Positions 26,588 through 36,191 of a stretch of DNA of 64,000 nt are shown one piece after another (the stretch's first letter is position 1; the number at the start of each line of letters is the position of its first letter). The notes beneath the pieces are model-generated. The model saw only the letters and a list, made by a program, of their open reading frames with translations. It did no database searches and had not been told where the DNA came from. A program made the position numbers and the translations under genes. The DNA comes from an uncultured Verrucomicrobiota bacterium (lineage in GTDB: Bacteria > Verrucomicrobiota > Kiritimatiellia > JAAZAB01): contig CAZTWL010000024.1 in NCBI GenBank assembly GCA_964617825.1, positions 1,881 to 65,880 of the forward strand, read 5' to 3'.

Positions 26588-28228
26588 ATGCACCATCGAT
26601 TGACAGCCATGAATCTTCCGACGCCCGCCGCGGCCCTGCCGCCCGAGCTGGCGCCGGAAACGGCGGATAGTTACCTGACCGACGAATCCCGCCTGCACGG
26701 ACACGCCGAGCGCCTGTTTTTTCCATCGTCGGAAGCGGAAGTGTCCGCCGTATTGAAGGCGGCGGCCGACCAGGGCAAGCCGGTCACGATTTCCGGCGGC
26801 CGTACCGGGATTGCCGGCGGAGCCGTGCCGGAAGGCGGCTGGCTGATCAGTTTCGACAAGTTCAACCGCCTGACTGGTCTGCATTACGATGCGGGCGCCA
26901 ACCGGTTTTACCTGCATTGCCAGCCGGGCGTTACGCTGGAAACCATCCACGCGGCCATGGAAAGCAAACGGTTTCCCGGCGAAGAAACCTGGGACGCCGC
27001 ATCGCTGTCTGCCCTGCAACAATTGCGTGCCAAAGGCGCCTGGATGTTCCCGCCCGACCCGACGGAGCGTTCTGCAACCTTGGGCGGCATGGCCGCCTGC
27101 AACGCTTCCGGCGCACGCACGCTTTTTTACGGGCCGACGCGCCGCTATGTGGAACGCGTACGCGCCGTTCTGGTCGGCGGTTGCGTGCTGGATGTAACCC
27201 GCGGCGCCAGCGTTGCCGCGGCGAACGGAACTTTTCAACTGGTTTTGCCGGATGGAACCACGCGCACAGGGCAAATCCCAGCCTATCGCATGCCGGCAGT
27301 CAAAAACGCGGCCGGTTATTTTGCGCAGCCGGGGATGGACCTGCTGGATTTGCTGATCGGCTCGGAAGGAACCCTGGCCGTGATCACCGAACTCGCGATC
27401 ACGCTGATTCCGGCTCCGGAAACGATTTTGGGCGTCATCGGCTTTTTTCCTTCCGAGCCGGAAGCCTTGAATTTCGTGCGCGCGGCGCGCGGCGAAAAGC
27501 CGTTAGTCGGGGCCCCGGCGCTGCCTGCACGGCCACTGGCGCTGGAATATTTCGACGCCAATGCCCTGAATCTCCTGCGTGACCAGAAAAGGCAACAAGG
27601 CCCGACAAGCGCCATTCCGGCCCTGCCGGAAAAGGCGCATACGGCCGTTTACATCGAACTGGCCACCACGGAAGCGGAGCTCGAGTCGACGGCCGAAGCG
27701 CTCCTGGCGCTCCTGGAAGTCTGCGGGAGTTCCGCGGATACGGCCTGGACCGCCATGACCAACGAAGAAACCGAACGTTTGAAAGCCTTCCGCCATGCCC
27801 TGCCGGAAACGATCAATCAGCGGATCGGTGAACGGGCCCGGAAATTTCCGGGATTGACCAAGCTGGGCACCGATTTGGCCGTGCCCGACGAAGCCCTGAT
27901 GAAAATGATGGCGGCCTACCGGGAATTGCTGGATGCCGCGGCCCTGGATTATGTCATCTTCGGCCACATCGGCAACAACCACGTCCACGTCAATATACTT
28001 CCGCGCAACCTGGACGAGTATGTCCGGGGCAAAGCGCTCTATCTCGAACTGGCGCGCAAGGCGCTGGCCTGGGGCGGCACGGTCGCCGGCGAACATGGCA
28101 TCGGTAAATTGAAAAAGCCTTTCCTGCGCCTGATGTTCGGCGAAGACGGCATCGCCGCCATGCGCGCCGTCAAACGCATCTTCGACCCCTCCGGCCTTCT
28201 GAACCCGGCCACACTCTTCGACCCCTGA
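26588..28228 (+). CDS. FAD-binding oxidoreductase (GlcD / D-lactate dehydrogenase family)
   Basis: The FAD_binding_4-like block is SEAEVSAVLKAAADQGKPVTISGGRTGIAGGAVP. The C-terminal block is GEHGIGKLKKPFL..AMRAVKRIFDPSGLLNP. The start is uncertain (ATG 26588 or 26612). Confidence 0.85.
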   Translation: MHHRLTAMNLPTPAAALPPELAPETADSYLTDESRLHGHAERLFFPSSEAEVSAVLKAAADQGKPVTISGGRTGIAGGAVPEGGWLISFDKFNRLTGLHYDAGANRFYLHCQPGVTLETIHAAMESKRFPGEETWDAASLSALQQLRAKGAWMFPPDPTERSATLGGMAACNASGARTLFYGPTRRYVERVRAVLVGGCVLDVTRGASVAAANGTFQLVLPDGTTRTGQIPAYRMPAVKNAAGYFAQPGMDLLDLLIGSEGTLAVITELAITLIPAPETILGVIGFFPSEPEALNFVRAARGEKPLVGAPALPARPLALEYFDANALNLLRDQKRQQGPTSAIPALPEKAHTAVYIELATTEAELESTAEALLALLEVCGSSADTAWTAMTNEETERLKAFRHALPETINQRIGERARKFPGLTKLGTDLAVPDEALMKMMAAYRELLDAAALDYVIFGHIGNNHVHVNILPRNLDEYVRGKALYLELARKALAWGGTVAGEHGIGKLKKPFLRLMFGEDGIAAMRAVKRIFDPSGLLNPATLFDP

Positions 28229-28301
28229 ACTAAATTTTTGCAAATCAAGCTCGGATCGATCCGGTTTTGTCCTTAAATAACGGCTGAAAAAGGATAAATC
28301 A

Positions 28302-29087
28302 GTGCAAACCTTCGAATCAATCGAAAAACGATATCGGCAGCCGGGACAGATCGTTGTCACCGCACACCGTGGATTTTCCGGAAAATATCCGGAAAACACA
28401 CTTGAAGCTTTCCGGGAAGCCGTTGCGCTCGGCGTCGCCTTTGTCGAGTTCGATGTGCGCTGCTCAAGCGACGGCGTGCCGATGGTCCTGCATGACCCAA
28501 CGGTCGATCGCACCACCGACGGTCACGGGAAAATCGATTCGCTTTCCCTGGCTGAACTGCGCCGCTTGAATGCATCGTACTGGAACGGTCCCCACGATAC
28601 GGGCCGCCGCTTGAATTCGCCCGCCCGGGCCAAAGCGCAAATCCCGACGCTGGAAGAAGCCCTTGAATTGCTGGCCGGTAAAACGCTTCTCAATATCCAG
28701 GTCTATGAAACGCAACGCCGTGGGCAGGAGGCGATTTGCCGCCTGTATCGGCGCTTCAAGCTCTATGGCAACGCATTTCTGATGATGGCCACCTTTGCCG
28801 ATGCCGAAGCTATCCGCGAAATCGACAAGGATATCGCCCTGTGCGTGGGCGAGGCGCGGAACGACTTGCAACGCCACAAGAATTTCGGGTTGACGTTTGT
28901 CCAGCCGGTACGCGCGCTTGTTAATCCTGCATTCTGCGATGAAATCGGGCGCCTCGGCCTTTGTCCCAACATGTTTTATGCCAATACGGCTGAAGACTGC
29001 CGGAAGTATATCGCCTGGGGCATGCGCGGAATAATGTCCGACCGCCCTGACATCGTTCTTCAAGTCGCGGCGGAACGGCAGGCGTGA
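28302..29087 (+). CDS. glycerophosphodiester phosphodiesterase family protein
   Basis: GTG start after AAAAGGA. VVTAHRGFSGKYPENTLEAFREAVALGVAFVEFDVRCSSDGVPMVLHDPTVDRTTDG is the GDPD signature. Confidence 0.85.
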   Translation: MQTFESIEKRYRQPGQIVVTAHRGFSGKYPENTLEAFREAVALGVAFVEFDVRCSSDGVPMVLHDPTVDRTTDGHGKIDSLSLAELRRLNASYWNGPHDTGRRLNSPARAKAQIPTLEEALELLAGKTLLNIQVYETQRRGQEAICRLYRRFKLYGNAFLMMATFADAEAIREIDKDIALCVGEARNDLQRHKNFGLTFVQPVRALVNPAFCDEIGRLGLCPNMFYANTAEDCRKYIAWGMRGIMSDRPDIVLQVAAERQA

Positions 29088-29111
29088 CCCGCAAAAAATT
29101 AACGGGCCGGC

Positions 29112-30125
29112 TTAAACTGCCGATTTCATTCGGATTTGCTCAATCCGAATTTCGCTGGAAGTTTGCCAGGTCTGCCCCGGCGCCAGGGATATCATTCCGG
29201 TAACGGTTGCCGGCAGTCGCAAATTACGGGCATTGACCATGCAAGTCTGCGGTTCCGGGCAAATAAAACCTTTGCTGCCGCCGCCGTTCCACAAGACCCA
29301 ATGCCCATAAGCCGCGCCGACATCATAAACCAATTTAACGTCGGCACGTGGACAACTCAGCTCCGCGCCGTTAAAAGCTTCCACGGTTCCCGCCGGATAA
29401 TGCGCCGAAATCGGTTCGGCAATCGGCGCGATCCCAATGGACTTCAAGAGCTTTTCCCGCTCGTTAAGCGGCAGGGCTTTTCCCGACGGCAAATACCTTT
29501 CCTGATCCATTTCCCAGCGCTTATCGCCGATCGTCACCCGCAACGAATAATCCGCCGCAGCGGTTCCGGCAACAAACGGGATATTGAACGCCGTATGGAA
29601 TCCCAGGCAGACAGGCATCGGGGCATCGCCGATGTTTTCGATCCTGACGCTCTGGACAAGCCCCTCGCGGCGCAGGGCATATATCAGGCTGAAAACAAAT
29701 GCAGCGGGAAAAGATTTGTAAGCGGCAGAGTCCGCGTTCTGCTCGAAAACCATCCCGATTTCGGCCGTATTGTCGATTGTCGTCAGGCGCTCGACTTTCC
29801 ACGGCGCCGCCAACAGCAGGCCGTGAATATGATTGCCGCGATTCGGCTCATTAATCGGCAAACGGTATTCCCGGCCGTCGAAATCGAAACGGCCTTCGGC
29901 AATCCGGTTAGGAGGAAATAAAACCGGAATACCCCACACCGCCGGGTGTTCCCGGAGCGCTGCCACAGTCGGGGGCGTGCGCAGGATATCGAAGCCGCGG
30001 GTTCGGTTGGTCAGGCTGATCAGATGGGCGCCGCACTGCGGCACGACCAACGCCTCCCAGTCCCCGGCCCTTAACCGTGTCGCCGGTTCGTTATCCCATG
30101 TTACGCGGCAGACTTCCGCAGTCAT
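29112..30125 (-). CDS. aldose 1-epimerase (galactose mutarotase-like) family protein
   Basis: Internal ATG at 30125 with a GGAGG SD was chosen; the longer ORF to 30242 would overlap nth. Motifs GIPVLFPPNRIAEGRFDFDGREYRLPINEPNRGNHIHGL. Confidence 0.8.
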   Translation of the reverse strand: MTAEVCRVTWDNEPATRLRAGDWEALVVPQCGAHLISLTNRTRGFDILRTPPTVAALREHPAVWGIPVLFPPNRIAEGRFDFDGREYRLPINEPNRGNHIHGLLLAAPWKVERLTTIDNTAEIGMVFEQNADSAAYKSFPAAFVFSLIYALRREGLVQSVRIENIGDAPMPVCLGFHTAFNIPFVAGTAAADYSLRVTIGDKRWEMDQERYLPSGKALPLNEREKLLKSIGIAPIAEPISAHYPAGTVEAFNGAELSCPRADVKLVYDVGAAYGHWVLWNGGGSKGFICPEPQTCMVNARNLRLPATVTGMISLAPGQTWQTSSEIRIEQIRMKSAV

Positions 30126-30187
30126 TTGACGTGCGCCTCCGATAAGATCCCTGGTCTCTGGAATCGATTTTAATCCCCATGCGTGCA

Positions 30188-30847
30188 TTAATGTCGACGC
30201 GCAACAACGCCAACCCGCCGGCACCAGGCGGCAATCGGGCATTTATCGCATTGCGGACTCACCGGACGGCATACGCTTTGGCCGAAGGATACCAGATAGG
30301 AGTTAAAAACCTGCCAATATTTCAACGGCAACCGGCGGCGTAAAACCATTTCCGTTTCCAGGGGCGTGCGCGTTCGGATGAGACCCCAGCGGTTGCTGAT
30401 CCGGTGCACATGGACATCTACACAGATCGCCGGTTTATTGAAGGCCACCGCCACCACGAGGTTGGCCGTTTTGCGCCCGACCCCCGGCAGGCGAATCAAT
30501 TCCTCCACCGTGTCGGGAATTTCGCCGTTAAAGCGCTGCGCCACGACTTCGGGAAGGCGTTTCAGCATTTTCGCCTTGGTCCGATAAAACCCCACCGGAT
30601 AGATCAGACGCTCCAGCTGCGAACACGATATGCGCCGGAGATCATCCAGGTTGCGGACAACCTTGAAAAGCTTACGGCAAGCCGTTGCCGTGGTCTGATC
30701 CAGCGTGCGGGCGCTCAGGATTGTCGCCACCAGGACCTGAAAGGGATCCTTGGTGTGGGCCTGGATCAGTTCCACCACGGGTGTTCGTTTGCTGGCGTAT
30801 TCCCGTTTGAGGATGCGCATGACTGAGGGCAAATCTTCAAGGTTCAT
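30188..30847 (-). CDS. nth: endonuclease III
   Basis: HhH-GPD block LIRLPGVGRKTANLVVAVAF..CVDVHVHRISNRWG and Fe-S cluster C-x6-C-x2-C-x5-C (CRPVSPQCDKCPIAAWC). The MNLEDL start aligns with the length of E. coli Nth. The ORF stays open upstream to 30910, so the start is uncertain. Confidence 0.9.
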   Translation of the reverse strand: MNLEDLPSVMRILKREYASKRTPVVELIQAHTKDPFQVLVATILSARTLDQTTATACRKLFKVVRNLDDLRRISCSQLERLIYPVGFYRTKAKMLKRLPEVVAQRFNGEIPDTVEELIRLPGVGRKTANLVVAVAFNKPAICVDVHVHRISNRWGLIRTRTPLETEMVLRRRLPLKYWQVFNSYLVSFGQSVCRPVSPQCDKCPIAAWCRRVGVVARRH

Positions 30848-30940
30848 GGGCGTAGAATAAGGCATTAACGCCCGGGCGGCAAGCGTCGGAATTGGCCGAA
30901 GGACCCGCACCCGTACGATCGGCCTGCACCATCGTACCCG

Positions 30941-32422
30941 CTATTCCTCGCAAGCGCCGCTGGCAAAGCCTACGTATTCGCCGAAGAACCACTCGGCGTG
31001 TTTGCCCATCAGCACCGTGACAGAGTTATCTTTGAAAACGAATTGCATTTTCAGCGTGCCGACGTGGTCATCGATTGCATAGCAATACACCAGCAGGGAT
31101 TCCGGCATCGCCCACGCCGCGGAGCAGAGGCATTCATAACCCCTGCCGTACGGGATTCCAATCCGCCGGCCGTTGTAGTGCGTTTCGGGGAAGGCTTGAG
31201 CAATTTGCCGGCCAAACCCGAAACGCAGCGAATGGGCGCCCGTCGCATTTTCGTAGTCCAGAGAACCTTCGCCGTCCCCGAAGGCAAAACGGAGAATTTT
31301 GATGCCCATGGCGTTGTCAGCCAGAGTATAAGTTTTGCCGGAAACGGACGCCGCCGTGGGAGAAACACTGGCGCCTTCAACCGTCAACACCGACAGCCGC
31401 CCCAGCATGTCCTGCAAGCCCGCGCAAGCGGCGGCATTTGCCGGCAGTTTATCCCCTTTTTGAAGGTGGGGATACAGTTCCGTCCACAGGGCCTCGTAAA
31501 TCAGGGAGAAGCCCGAAGGAATGGCTTGCGTGTCGGCAGTGGTCACAAGGACAAAGTCCTGTTCGGGCAGGCAAACCGCGATCTGACTGCCCATCCCGAG
31601 ACAGGCAAAGCCATTGTTACGGGTGCGCCAGAACTGGTAGCCATAGCCGAAGCTGAGCTCGACTTCATCGGCCGTCAGCGCATTGTCGATCTGGCGGGAG
31701 GTCGCGGCGCGGATGTAGTCTTCGGGAATTAGCTGCGCACCGTCGAATCGGCCGTCATTCATGCACACAAGCGCAAATTTGGCAAGATCGCGCGGCGTAC
31801 ACAGCACGCCGGAGCCCCCCCAATCATGGCCGCAGGCGGTCTTGATGCATTCTATGTCTTCATTCATGCCCAGCGGCGCAAACAGGCGGGGACGCAGGTA
31901 TTCGATGAATTCCACGCCGGTGATGCGATAGATTACGATACACAGCATGACCGTAGCCGTGGTATCGTAGGAGAAGATTTTGCCGGGCAAATGGGTTGGC
32001 GGCGTGGCAAAGAATGCGTCCGCCCAGTCGGGGCCCTTGTAATAGGCGCATTCGGTATGCGGGGTCGCCATCATCAGCAAGTCCCGGATGGTTGCCTGCG
32101 CCAAGAATGGGTGCAGGCTGGAGGACGCTTTGTCGGGAAAGAATTGGGCGACCCGGTCGGAAAGCTTCAGCTTGCCCTCGCCGATCAAAATGCCGACGGC
32201 AACGGACACAAAACTCTTGCTCGTCGAATGCATCCGATGTTTGCGGTTGAGGTCAAAAGGCTTGTAATAGCCTTCCACGGCGATTTGTCCATGGCGCAGC
32301 ATCAACACGCTGTGCATGGGAAGCCGTTTGGCCGCAAGCTTCCGGAAAAAACGCACAACGGCATCGGACGGTATTCCAACAGCTTCAGGTGAAGTAATTG
32401 GCAACGGATGTTTTTCACTCAT
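30941..32422 (-). CDS. serine hydrolase, beta-lactamase/transpeptidase-like family
   Basis: 493 aa. S-x-x-K motif in MHSTSKSF. General class C beta-lactamase-related layout with an extra C-terminal domain. Confidence 0.85.
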   Translation of the reverse strand: MSEKHPLPITSPEAVGIPSDAVVRFFRKLAAKRLPMHSVLMLRHGQIAVEGYYKPFDLNRKHRMHSTSKSFVSVAVGILIGEGKLKLSDRVAQFFPDKASSSLHPFLAQATIRDLLMMATPHTECAYYKGPDWADAFFATPPTHLPGKIFSYDTTATVMLCIVIYRITGVEFIEYLRPRLFAPLGMNEDIECIKTACGHDWGGSGVLCTPRDLAKFALVCMNDGRFDGAQLIPEDYIRAATSRQIDNALTADEVELSFGYGYQFWRTRNNGFACLGMGSQIAVCLPEQDFVLVTTADTQAIPSGFSLIYEALWTELYPHLQKGDKLPANAAACAGLQDMLGRLSVLTVEGASVSPTAASVSGKTYTLADNAMGIKILRFAFGDGEGSLDYENATGAHSLRFGFGRQIAQAFPETHYNGRRIGIPYGRGYECLCSAAWAMPESLLVYCYAIDDHVGTLKMQFVFKDNSVTVLMGKHAEWFFGEYVGFASGACEE

Positions 32423-32553
32423 AATGGATCCTTAATTAATTTCCGCAAATACTGTGACTTAATTTTGTCGCCGGTCGTGTGTTTCCGACGGCGAACCAAC
32501 CCGGTTTGCCGGCAAATCGCCGGCAGCTGAAAACGGCTGCGGCGCCGGCCAAG

Positions 32554-34434
32554 TCATTTTACGAGCTTGTCAATCCGTGCGGCAATAGCCGGCGCGGTCA
32601 AACCGAAACGCTCCGCCATGGCATCGAAGGACCCCTGCGGAATGAACTGGTCGGGCCAGCCGCACCGCAGGCATGCTCCCCGGTAGCCAATATCGGCCAA
32701 CACCTCGTTTACCAGCGAACCAAAACCGCCCGCAACGACCCCATTTTCAAAAGTGGCGATGCAACGCGCAACGGCCGCTTGGCGGCTCAGCAGGTCGCGA
32801 TCCAGCGGGACAACGAAGCGCGGATTGACGATTCCCACGGACAAGCCCCGCTCCGCCAGCAAGCGGGCAACTTGTCTGGCCAGCGGAATCATATCGCCCA
32901 GGGCCCAAAGCTGAATTTCACGGCCATCCTGAAGAACCTCCGCCCGCCCCATCGGGATGTCTTCGTAGGTTGCCGGCAGGGTTGTGCCGGGCCCGCCGCC
33001 GCGCGGATAACGAATCATAACCGGCCGCTGCCAGTGCACGGCCGAGGCTAACATGTTGGCCAGTTCGGCCTCGTCTTTGGGTTGCAGCAGGACAAGGTTC
33101 GGCGCCGACCGGAAAAGCGCAATATCGAACACCCCATGGTGCGTCGGTCCGTCGTCCCCGACCAGCCCTGCCCGGTCAAGACAGAAAATAACCGGCAATT
33201 GCTGGAGACACACGTCATGAATCACATAGTCCACAATCCGCTGGGCAAATGTGGAGTAAACCGCAAAGACCGGCCGCAATCCTTCCGCAGCCAGGCCGGC
33301 AGCAAACAGGACCGCATGTTCTTCGCAAATGCCGACATCGAAAAACCGGTCGGGATAGCGCTTGGCAAAGGCCGTCAGGCCTGTGCCGACCGACATGGCG
33401 GCCGTGATGGTCACCAGTTTGTCGTCGGTTTCAGCCAGGCGTTCCAGAGTCTGGCCGAATACCTCCGAATATTTCAAGGTATGGGAAGGTTTTAAGGCCG
33501 TGCCCGTGGCGGCTTCGAATGCCCCCGTGCCGTGCCAGGCTTCCGGTTCCGCCTCCGCAAACGGATAGCCCCGCCCCTTCTGGGTGGAAACATGAAGCAG
33601 GATGGGCTCATCCGAGCGCTGCGCGGTTTCGAGAGCCGAGATCAGCAATTGAATATTATGCCCATCGATCGGCCCGATGTAACGGAGCCCGAATTCCTCG
33701 AATATCACATTGCTCAGGAACAGACTTTTGACCGCCTCTTCCAGGCGGAGATAAATCTGCCGGAGCCAGGTCAGGCGCAAGCGGTCCTTGGCGAACCGTT
33801 CCACCGAGTTTTTCCAGCGGTTATACCGGGGATGGGCCAGCAATTCGCCCAGCGTGCGGGCAACGGAACCCACGTTGGCGGAGATGGACATTTCGTTGTC
33901 GTTCAGGATCACTATCAGGCGGCGCGTGGCCGAAGCCAGATTGTTCAGCGCCTCGAACGAACTGCCGCATCCCAGGGCGCCATCGCCAACGATGGCCACC
34001 ACATGCTCGGCGCCTCCGCGACGGTCGCGCGCCACCGCCATGCCCAGCGCGGCCGAGAGAGCCGTGCCGGCGTGCCCGGCGCCGAACGCATCGTAAGGAC
34101 TCTCCGATTTCAGCGCAAACCCCGACAGGCCGTTCAACTGACGCAGCGTATGGAACCGATCCTTACGGCCCGTGAGGATTTTATAGGCATAGGTCTGATG
34201 GCTGACATCCCACACCAGCTTGTCCTTCGGCGGATCGAAAACCTTGAGCAGGGCCATGGTCAGCTCCACGGCCCCCAGGTTGGCCGCCAAATGCCCCCCC
34301 GTGCGGCTGACCGTTTGAATGATCAAAGCGCGGATTTCTTCGGCCAGCGGATTCAATTCCTCCTGGCTCAATGCCCGCAGATCGGCCGGGCTGTTTACTT
34401 TGTCAAGAATGCGTTTCATGGAATGATTATGCAA
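32554..34434 (-). CDS. dxs: 1-deoxy-D-xylulose-5-phosphate synthase
   Basis: 626 aa. GGHLAANLGAVELTMAL, WDVSHQTYAYKILTGR and IVGDGALGCG (the TPP motif). Full-length similarity to Dxs. The start may instead be ATG 34419. Confidence 0.95.
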   Translation of the reverse strand: MHNHSMKRILDKVNSPADLRALSQEELNPLAEEIRALIIQTVSRTGGHLAANLGAVELTMALLKVFDPPKDKLVWDVSHQTYAYKILTGRKDRFHTLRQLNGLSGFALKSESPYDAFGAGHAGTALSAALGMAVARDRRGGAEHVVAIVGDGALGCGSSFEALNNLASATRRLIVILNDNEMSISANVGSVARTLGELLAHPRYNRWKNSVERFAKDRLRLTWLRQIYLRLEEAVKSLFLSNVIFEEFGLRYIGPIDGHNIQLLISALETAQRSDEPILLHVSTQKGRGYPFAEAEPEAWHGTGAFEAATGTALKPSHTLKYSEVFGQTLERLAETDDKLVTITAAMSVGTGLTAFAKRYPDRFFDVGICEEHAVLFAAGLAAEGLRPVFAVYSTFAQRIVDYVIHDVCLQQLPVIFCLDRAGLVGDDGPTHHGVFDIALFRSAPNLVLLQPKDEAELANMLASAVHWQRPVMIRYPRGGGPGTTLPATYEDIPMGRAEVLQDGREIQLWALGDMIPLARQVARLLAERGLSVGIVNPRFVVPLDRDLLSRQAAVARCIATFENGVVAGGFGSLVNEVLADIGYRGACLRCGWPDQFIPQGSFDAMAERFGLTAPAIAARIDKLVK

Positions 34435-34517
34435 ACAACCGAGGCTTCAGCTGACTACGGGAGTTAAGGCGCCCCTCATCCTGCCTTTCTCCCAAGGATG
34501 AGGAAATGCGATCTGCT

Positions 34518-34817
34518 TTACTTCTCATCCTCCGCATCCGGCGGCGCTTGCTTGTCTGCTTCTTCCGCGGGCTCTTCCGGCGTGGCGAACGGCATCAGGG
34601 TGCTCTGATCGCCCTTCTTGACCAGCAACTCGATTTTGCGCTCCACCTCGTTAAGCTTGGCCGAGCAAACGCCGACCAAACTCATGCCCTCCTCGAAATG
34701 TTTCATCATTTTTTCGAGACTGAGCTCGCCGCTTTCCATCTCGCGAACTACTGTTTCCAGCCGCTCCAGCGATTTTTCGAAGCCGGGCTGTTTATCTATG
34801 TTCTTGGCTGCCGCCAT
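34518..34817 (-). CDS. xseB: exodeoxyribonuclease VII small subunit
   Basis: ATG 34817 with a GGAGG SD. FEKSLERLETVVREMESGELSLEKMMKHFEEGM is typical XseB. It overlaps the xseA stop by 26 nt. Confidence 0.85.
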   Translation of the reverse strand: MAAAKNIDKQPGFEKSLERLETVVREMESGELSLEKMMKHFEEGMSLVGVCSAKLNEVERKIELLVKKGDQSTLMPFATPEEPAEEADKQAPPDAEDEK

Positions 34818-36081
34818 GGTTAAGAACCTCCGATTCGAATGTGCCCGCCGCCACACGGGTTGTGATCCGATCACCCGGCCGGGCCTGGTTTGCCGCCTTG
34901 ATCACGCTGCCATCCGGCTTGAATGTAATACTATACCCGCGCTCCAAAACCGCAAGAGGGTTTATCCCCTTTAATTGGGCCTCCAGCCGCGCCAGGGCCA
35001 TGGACTGGGCATGGCTCCAGGACTGCATGTGGCGGGCAAGGCGTCCATTGAGCTCGTCCACCAGCTGTTGTTCCTGGCGCAGACTGTTTTCGGCCTGGCG
35101 CTGCATTTGCGCGCGCAGGCGCTCGATCCGTTCCAATACCCGCCGCACCAGGTGACGCGGCTCGCGAAAAACGTAGCTGCGGCCGGCAGCCAGAAACCGG
35201 TGTTTTAAATCCGCCAGCTGCTGGGAGAGCGCGCGGCGCAGTCGCCGCGAACATTCCTGAAGTTGACCTTCAAAATCAGCTTTGCGGCCGACAACCAGTT
35301 CCGCTGCCGCCGAGGGGGTCGGCGCGCGCAGATCGGCAACAAAATCACTGATCGTAAAATCGATTTCATGGCCGACTGCCGAAACAACCGGGATGGTCGA
35401 CCGCGCGATGGCGCGGGCCACGACTTCCTCGTTAAAACACCACAGGTCCTCCAGACTGCCGCCGCCGCGGCCGACAATCAGGACATCCATATCGCCGCGG
35501 CGATTGAAATCATCCAGGGCCGCGGCAATTTCCTCGGCAGCGCCCGGCCCCTGGACGCGCACGCCCGCGACAACCACGTGCAAATTGTAGAACCGGCGCG
35601 TCAAGATATTGAGAATATCGCGGATCGCCGCCCCGGTGGGCGAAGTCACGACCCCGATATGGCGGGGCAGCAGCGGCAGGGGTTTCTTCCGTTCCGGATC
35701 GAACAGCCCTTCCGCGGCCAGTTTGCGTTTGAGCGCCTCGAAGGCCGCCTGCAAGGCCCCCTGTCCGGCCACTTCCAGGGAGCGGACGATCATCTGGTAC
35801 TGGCCGCTCTTCTCATAAACACTGACCAGGCCATTGGCCCGCAGGAGCATGCCGTCCTTGGGATGGAAACGCACGCCACGCTGGTTGCCCCGGAACATCA
35901 CGGCAGTCAGTTGGGCGCTCTCGTCCTTGAGCGTAAAATACCAGTGACCCGATGCCGGCTGGCGGAAATTGGACACCTCGCCCTCGACCCAAATTTCGCC
36001 CACCTCGTCCTCGAGGATGGTCTTGATCAATCGCGTGAGTTCGGCGACACGGTAGATTTTTAGATGGGGTTCAGGCGTCAT
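34792..36081 (-). CDS. xseA: exodeoxyribonuclease VII large subunit
   Basis: 429 aa. N-terminal OB fold IWVEGEVSNFRQPASGHWYFTLKDESAQLTAVMFRG, plus VGHEIDFTISDFVADLRAPTPSAAAE. Confidence 0.9.
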   Translation of the reverse strand: MTPEPHLKIYRVAELTRLIKTILEDEVGEIWVEGEVSNFRQPASGHWYFTLKDESAQLTAVMFRGNQRGVRFHPKDGMLLRANGLVSVYEKSGQYQMIVRSLEVAGQGALQAAFEALKRKLAAEGLFDPERKKPLPLLPRHIGVVTSPTGAAIRDILNILTRRFYNLHVVVAGVRVQGPGAAEEIAAALDDFNRRGDMDVLIVGRGGGSLEDLWCFNEEVVARAIARSTIPVVSAVGHEIDFTISDFVADLRAPTPSAAAELVVGRKADFEGQLQECSRRLRRALSQQLADLKHRFLAAGRSYVFREPRHLVRRVLERIERLRAQMQRQAENSLRQEQQLVDELNGRLARHMQSWSHAQSMALARLEAQLKGINPLAVLERGYSITFKPDGSVIKAANQARPGDRITTRVAAGTFESEVLNHGGSQEHR

Positions 36082-36191
36082 AGCGCACTTCGGTTAACCG
36101 CATTCAGGCCTTTAACAGAGTGCGGCAGTCCTCGCGAGGCGGCCGCAGACAATCGGGATCATGGCGCCGCGCCCGCCGCGCCGCCAAAGTT

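Noticed and set aside
26284-26670. Small ORFs (108 aa on minus, 98 aa on plus) in the divergent spacer between the DUF4838 gene and the FAD oxidase gene
   Set aside because: No SD and no recognisable motifs. They overlap each other and the FAD oxidase start. The region is more plausibly promoter DNA.
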